Shown here: positions 7,108 to 10,460 of the stretch, piece after piece
Numbering within the stretch: position 1 is the first letter of the stretch
Layout: every line of letters starts with the position of its first letter
NCBI GenBank assembly: GCA_000388065.2
Contig: KB932217.1
Reading direction: 5' to 3' (one strand)
DNA from: Fonticula alba ATCC 38817
Taxonomy: Eukaryota > Protista > Nucleariida
Length of the DNA stretch: 10,460 nt
The notes under the pieces: generated by a model
The model's database searches: none
Seen by the model: only the letters and a program-made list of their open reading frames with translations
What the model was told of the DNA's origin: nothing
Position numbers and translations under genes: made by a program

Positions 7108-9362
7108 CTGTTGGAGGAAGAGCGCCTGCGAGGAAGCCGCATGCTGGGCAGGATGGAGCATCGAATGCATGGAATGCATCGAGTGGGTGTCGACGGACCC
7201 CGGCATGCCGGTGGCCATGGCGCTCACAGTGTTGAGCCCCCCGCCGAAGGCAGTGCCATGGCGCGGGATCCCCAGGAAGTCGGCGCCCCCCGGGGCGTTG
7301 AGCTCGATGCCGGCGGCCGACAGCATGGCCGCCTGGCTGGCCAGGTCCAGCGACCCGCCATCCATCAGGGAGAAGGCCCCACCCAGCAGGGGGGCCTGTG
7401 AGCCGCCGACCCCGCCGACCCCGGCGGGCCCGCCCATCGGGCCGGGCTGCATGCTGGACAGGGACCCGAGGAAGTGCCCGGCGGCAATGGCATCCGAGCC
7501 CGGCCCGGCGGCCGAAGCCGGGTGCAGGAACTGCTTGGTCAGGTCGGGCAGGGCCGCGAAGCCCAGCTCCGGCACAAAGTCACTGGCCTGCTGGTGGAGC
7601 TGCCGCAGGAGGTCCGGGTGCAGGCCGGTCCCGGTCCCGGTCCCAGAGCCAGAGCCAGACCCAGAGCCAGACCCAGAGCCAGACCCAGAGCCAGAGCCAG
7701 AGCCAGAGCCCATGCTCGGGGCCGAGTTGACCGGCACCGCCGAGGCCACCGGCAACGAGAAGGGAGCCCCGGGGACCGGAGACGGGGCCAGCGAATTGGC
7801 CGCCGAGCTGGCCGCCGACAGGAGCGTCGCCAGGCCGTCATGCGGGTCGAAGGGCCGGGCGTCACCGGCCGGGCCGCCATCGAACGGGCTGTCCGGGCCG
7901 TCCATCTCCGTGTCGGAGGCCATGGTCGGCGAGAGGATCATGGCCAGCTTGGAGGACTTGCGCTGGGGCTGGGGCTGGGGGGGCTGCGCCGCGTGCGGCT
8001 GGCCCGGCGACGGGGACCCGGGGGCCGCCGCGGCGCCAGCTGGCCGGGGGCGGCTGGGCCCGCTGCCCTGCGCCTCGGGGCTGGTGGCACGCGAAGCCGC
8101 CGCACTCATGCTGGACGTGGCCGCCAGCAGGAGCGACGCCGCGTCAATGAGCGACGTCTCGTACACCGGGTCCGCCTGGATGAGCGGCATCTCGAGCTTG
8201 GGATCCTGCGAGCGCATGCCCAAACGGGGCAGAGCAGCCGGGTGGCATCACATGTCGTGACGAGGACCGGGGACCGGGGATCGGGGGGGGGGGAGAGAGA
8301 GTGAGCGGGGAGAGGGAGGAACATGCATAGACAGGGAGAAGAGAGAGGGAGAGAAACCGGGGGGGGAGGGGGGTGATGGGGGCAGACGCACGAGCGTGCC
8401 GAGGGAGATGCTCGACCGGCGAGTGGGGGCAGGCGTGGCGCCGGCGAAAAACTGGAACTGGTGCGAGCCGACACCGAGAATGTGGCTTTGACTGCAACGG
8501 AGGGGAGCGGGGGGGGGGGGGCGGGGGGCGGGCGCGGAGCGTCAGAGGAGCAGGGACAGCAGCAGGGCGCGAAGGCGCGCACAGCACACCAGACCGGCGA
8601 GCGAGCGGCAAAGGAGGGGGGGGGGGGGGGGGCAGCACCCCGGCCAGGCACGCACTCCGAGGGCAGCGGCACCAGGGCCGACGAGGGGGGATACACCTGA
8701 GAACCGACCTGCACACTGACCGGGCCGAGCACGCGCATCTGCCAGTGCAGGGCCCCGGGCATGCGGACCAGGCGCAGGATGTCCTGGGCCTCGGGCGAGG
8801 CCGGGGTCCTGTTGTCGGCCGCGGCCAGCAACAAATCCACCCGGTAGGCGGCCGGGCTGGCCAGGGCCGAGGGCAGCACCGCGGCCGGGGCATCGACAAA
8901 GCGCCGGCCGACGGTCACCACATCGCCGGAGATCGGCAGCCGCCAATCCGGCCCGATGAGCAGCGGCCCTGCTGCGAGGGGGATGCCGTGCCGGGCCCGC
9001 GCGTGGCCCGGGGAAAGAGGCACAACCGGAGTCAGCGAAGGAAGGCCCCGGGGGGAGGCGAGGAGGAAGAGGCAAGGGGAGCGGGATGCAAGCGCGTGCC
9101 ATGGCACACGGGGCTCGCGGAACGAACCTTGCTCGGAGGAGCCGCCAGCCAGCCGGGAGGGGCCGCTCACAAAGCGACCCCGGGGCGAGGCGGAGGTCGG
9201 CGTCAGGGAGTGTGCCCGGCCGCCGGTTGCCGCCACCGGCGCCGGCCCCGCAGTCGCAGGAGAGGGGGTGCTGTGGCCCTCCTCCTTGGGGGCCGGCGAG
9301 CAGGGGCGCGAGTGGACTATGTGCAGGAGGGCCGAGGCGGCGGAGTCGACCTCGGAACCCAT
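4161..9362 (-). CDS. FHA-like + forkhead transcription factor (FoxK / Fkh1-Fkh2 family), 4 exons, ~1536 aa after correcting an assembly duplication
   Basis: Proposed exons on the minus strand: 9362-9128, 8971-8656, 8491-8392 and 8205-4161 (removing duplicated 4677-4761). Intron phases 1, 2 and 0 join in frame. Donors are GTTCGT, GTGCGT, GTGCGT and all acceptors are CAG. A canonical forkhead domain lies at ~5206-5499. The stop TAG is at 4163-4161. The start ATG (ccATGG) is 2 nt from an N-gap, so the N-terminus is less certain. Confidence 0.85.
4341..4382 (-). repeat. (GGC)n trinucleotide repeat encoding G14
   Basis: Near-perfect CCG repeat on the + strand within the corrected C-terminal frame. 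Confidence 0.93.
4677..4836. repeat. Exact 75-bp direct duplication flanking a 10-N gap (4677-4751 = 4762-4836); probable unmerged contig overlap
   Basis: The same 75-mer CGGGGCTGGAGCTGG...GGTCGGGGCTGG lies on both sides of the Ns; the 85-nt offset breaks the reading frame. Confidence 0.92.
4752..4761. other. Assembly gap (10 N) inside the forkhead CDS
   Basis: Run of N. Confidence 1.
5206..5499 (-). other. Forkhead (winged-helix) DNA-binding domain
   Basis: [81 protein letters not shown], with the intact recognition helix [10 protein letters not shown] typical of Fkh1/Fkh2/FoxK. Confidence 0.97.
7039..7113 (-). repeat. Polyglutamine tract Q25 (mixed CAG/CAA); two further Q9 tracts near 6930-6955 and 5096-5122
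   Basis: Direct reading of the minus-strand codons. Confidence 0.95.
7624..7710 (-). repeat. Coding hexanucleotide repeat encoding (GS)11(GT)3G
   Basis: GGCTCT/GGGTCT and GGGACC units. Confidence 0.93.
8206..8391 (-). other. Forkhead gene intron 3 (186 nt, phase 0)
   Basis: GTGCGT donor, CT-rich body and CGCAG acceptor entering the long forkhead ORF in frame at DPKLEMP. Confidence 0.8.
8446..8971 (-). other. Degenerate FHA-like domain split by intron 8655-8492
   Basis: Spliced sequence LLIGPDWRLPISGDVVTVGRR...YRVDLLL...HWQMRVLGPVSVQVGSQVYPP...PLPSD|QSHILGVGSHQFQFF follows the strand pattern of Fkh1/2 and FoxK FHA domains (GxxW..VxIGR..VxIDL..WxLxxLG..V..LxIG...FxF). Alignment is by eye from memory. 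Confidence 0.75.
8492..8655 (-). other. Forkhead gene intron 2 (164 nt, phase 2)
   Basis: GTGCGT donor, C-runs, CTCTGAC branch-like motif and TTGCAG acceptor; splicing completes the FHA-like C-terminal strands (ILGVGSHQFQFF). Confidence 0.85.
8972..9127 (-). other. Forkhead gene intron 1 (156 nt, phase 1, stop-free, CAGCAG tandem acceptor)
   Basis: GTTCGT donor at 9127, pyrimidine-rich body, GCTGAC branch-like motif and CCCCTCGCAG acceptor; in frame. Confidence 0.72.
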
Positions 9363-9364
9363 GG

Positions 9365-9374
9365 NNNNNNNNNN
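9365..9374. other. Assembly gap (10 N) immediately upstream of the proposed forkhead start codon
   Basis: Run of N; no overlap visible between the flanks. Confidence 1.
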
Positions 9375-10090
9375 CCGGGGGCCGGGGACCACCAAGGGGC
9401 GGACCACAGCCGCGCATGCGCGCCTGAGGCCTGGGAGGGGGGCTCCGGGGAGGGGCCAGCCGGCTCGCCCCCCGACCCGGCACCCGGCTCTCCGGCGCCG
9501 AGCTGCCCCACTGTCCGGCCCCCCCTCCCCCCCGCCCCCCCGGTCCCCGCCCCTCCTGGGAGACACGGCCGTGTGGTGCGTCGCGGGTGAGAGGCCGGGC
9601 AGCGCGGGGAGCCGCCTTTTGTTCCACCCTCCCCGGGAGCCCCTCCCCGCGCGCGCGCGCGCGCCTCCCGTCTGTCGCACGCACATGTCCCCCGGCCCGC
9701 CCCCTGGCCAGGCAGCCAGGCGGCCAGCCACCAGTCAGAGGGGGGGGGGGGGGCCACACGGAGCACAGCGCACTCCCGCGATGAGCCGGCCGTTCGGCGA
9801 GAAAAGGGGCCTCGGCGTCAGTTGGCTCCTCGGGCGCGGCGCGGTGCGCGCGGTCTCGCGCGCGCGCGCGTGTGTGCCCGCTGGCCCATCCCGCCTCGGC
9901 CAGGCCAGGGTATGATGGGCGATCGTCGGCCTGTGTGTATGTGTGTGCGCGCGCCCGCGCACATATACATATATATATACGCGTGCCTACATGCGTGGGC
10001 GTGGCGGGCAGCGCGGGAGCCGCCGGGGCGCCGGCATGCGCCCTCCCCCCCCCCCGCGCCCCCCCTCCGGCATGCACACGCGCCCCTCCG

Positions 10091-10423
10091 GTAAATAGAG
10101 CACGACCGGGCCCCGGGGCCGCCCGGGCGGGCACAGGGGATGACTATTAGCACAAACACAGGAATAACACGAAAAAACAAGGAAAATGCTTACAAAATAA
10201 TGGGGCCACTTCGGGGGGCATAATTATCACGGCCTCCTGGACGAGCGCACGCGCCCAGTCACACCCCCTCGCCCGGGGGGAGGGGGAGGGGGGGGGGGGC
10301 GGCGCTCGCCCGCACGCCCGCCGCGGTGTGGCCTGAGCCGCGTGCGCGTGCGCGGGCGCGCCAGCCGAAGCGCCCCGGCGCCCGCGGCGGCGAAAACAAC
10401 AATACTGGCGGACAAAAACAACA
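10091..10423. promoter_or_regulatory. A-rich island upstream of the forkhead gene with forkhead-like motifs
   Basis: GTAAATA at 10091-10097, ACAAACA at 10152-10158, ATAACA at 10164-10169, and AAAACAACA twice (10393-10401, 10415-10423) in a very GC-rich background. Confidence 0.3.
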
Positions 10424-10460
10424 TCCGCCTCCGGCGCGCCCAAGCCCCCCCCCCCCCCCC

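Noticed and set aside
8223-8223. Start of the forkhead protein at 8223 as given by the ORF track
   Set aside because: This is a TTG inside predicted intron 3. The in-frame CAG acceptor at 8206 and the upstream exons explain the region better.
3905-8304. Large plus-strand ORFs (e.g. 5173-7401, 5498-7030, 7169-8260, 3905-5224)
   Set aside because: Antisense shadows of the GC-rich forkhead exon, with no domain signal.
9933-9985. Apparent hairpin formed by (TG)n/(GC)n/(AT)n tracts
   Set aside because: Pairing follows trivially from degenerate dinucleotide microsatellites; there is no evidence for a structured RNA.
9375-10460. ORFs upstream of the forkhead gene, and a GTGCGT at 9684-9679 on the minus strand
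   Set aside because: No recognisable protein. The sequence after this donor is G-rich rather than C-rich like the real introns, and the gap prevents frame linkage. An extra upstream exon cannot be excluded but is unsupported.

Overview
GC-rich eukaryotic genomic DNA from a draft scaffold with three N-gaps (1186-1779, 4752-4761, 9365-9374). It is probably a unicellular opisthokont; a Fonticula-like organism is my guess from composition and gene content only. Two spliced genes lie tail-to-tail. (1) On the + strand is an intact 6-exon PP6/SIT4-type Ser/Thr phosphatase catalytic subunit (1865-3465, 307 aa). (2) On the - strand is a ~1536-aa FoxK/Fkh1-Fkh2-type forkhead transcription factor (about 9362 to 4161, 4 exons). 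The ORF track misrepresents gene 2 at both ends. Three short upstream exons add a FOXK1-like N-terminal motif and a degenerate FHA domain that lacks the SRxH and NG phosphothreonine-binding motifs. The true C-terminus is displaced by an 85-nt assembly duplication at a gap. No mobile element, RNA gene, CRISPR array or prokaryotic system is supported. The most interesting signals are the apparent pseudo-FHA FoxK with putative Sin3-binding motifs and a ~900-aa low-complexity linker, a C-dominated +4 splice-donor position, and forkhead-like motifs upstream of the forkhead gene. All were derived by manual reading; homolog comparisons are from memory and need checking.
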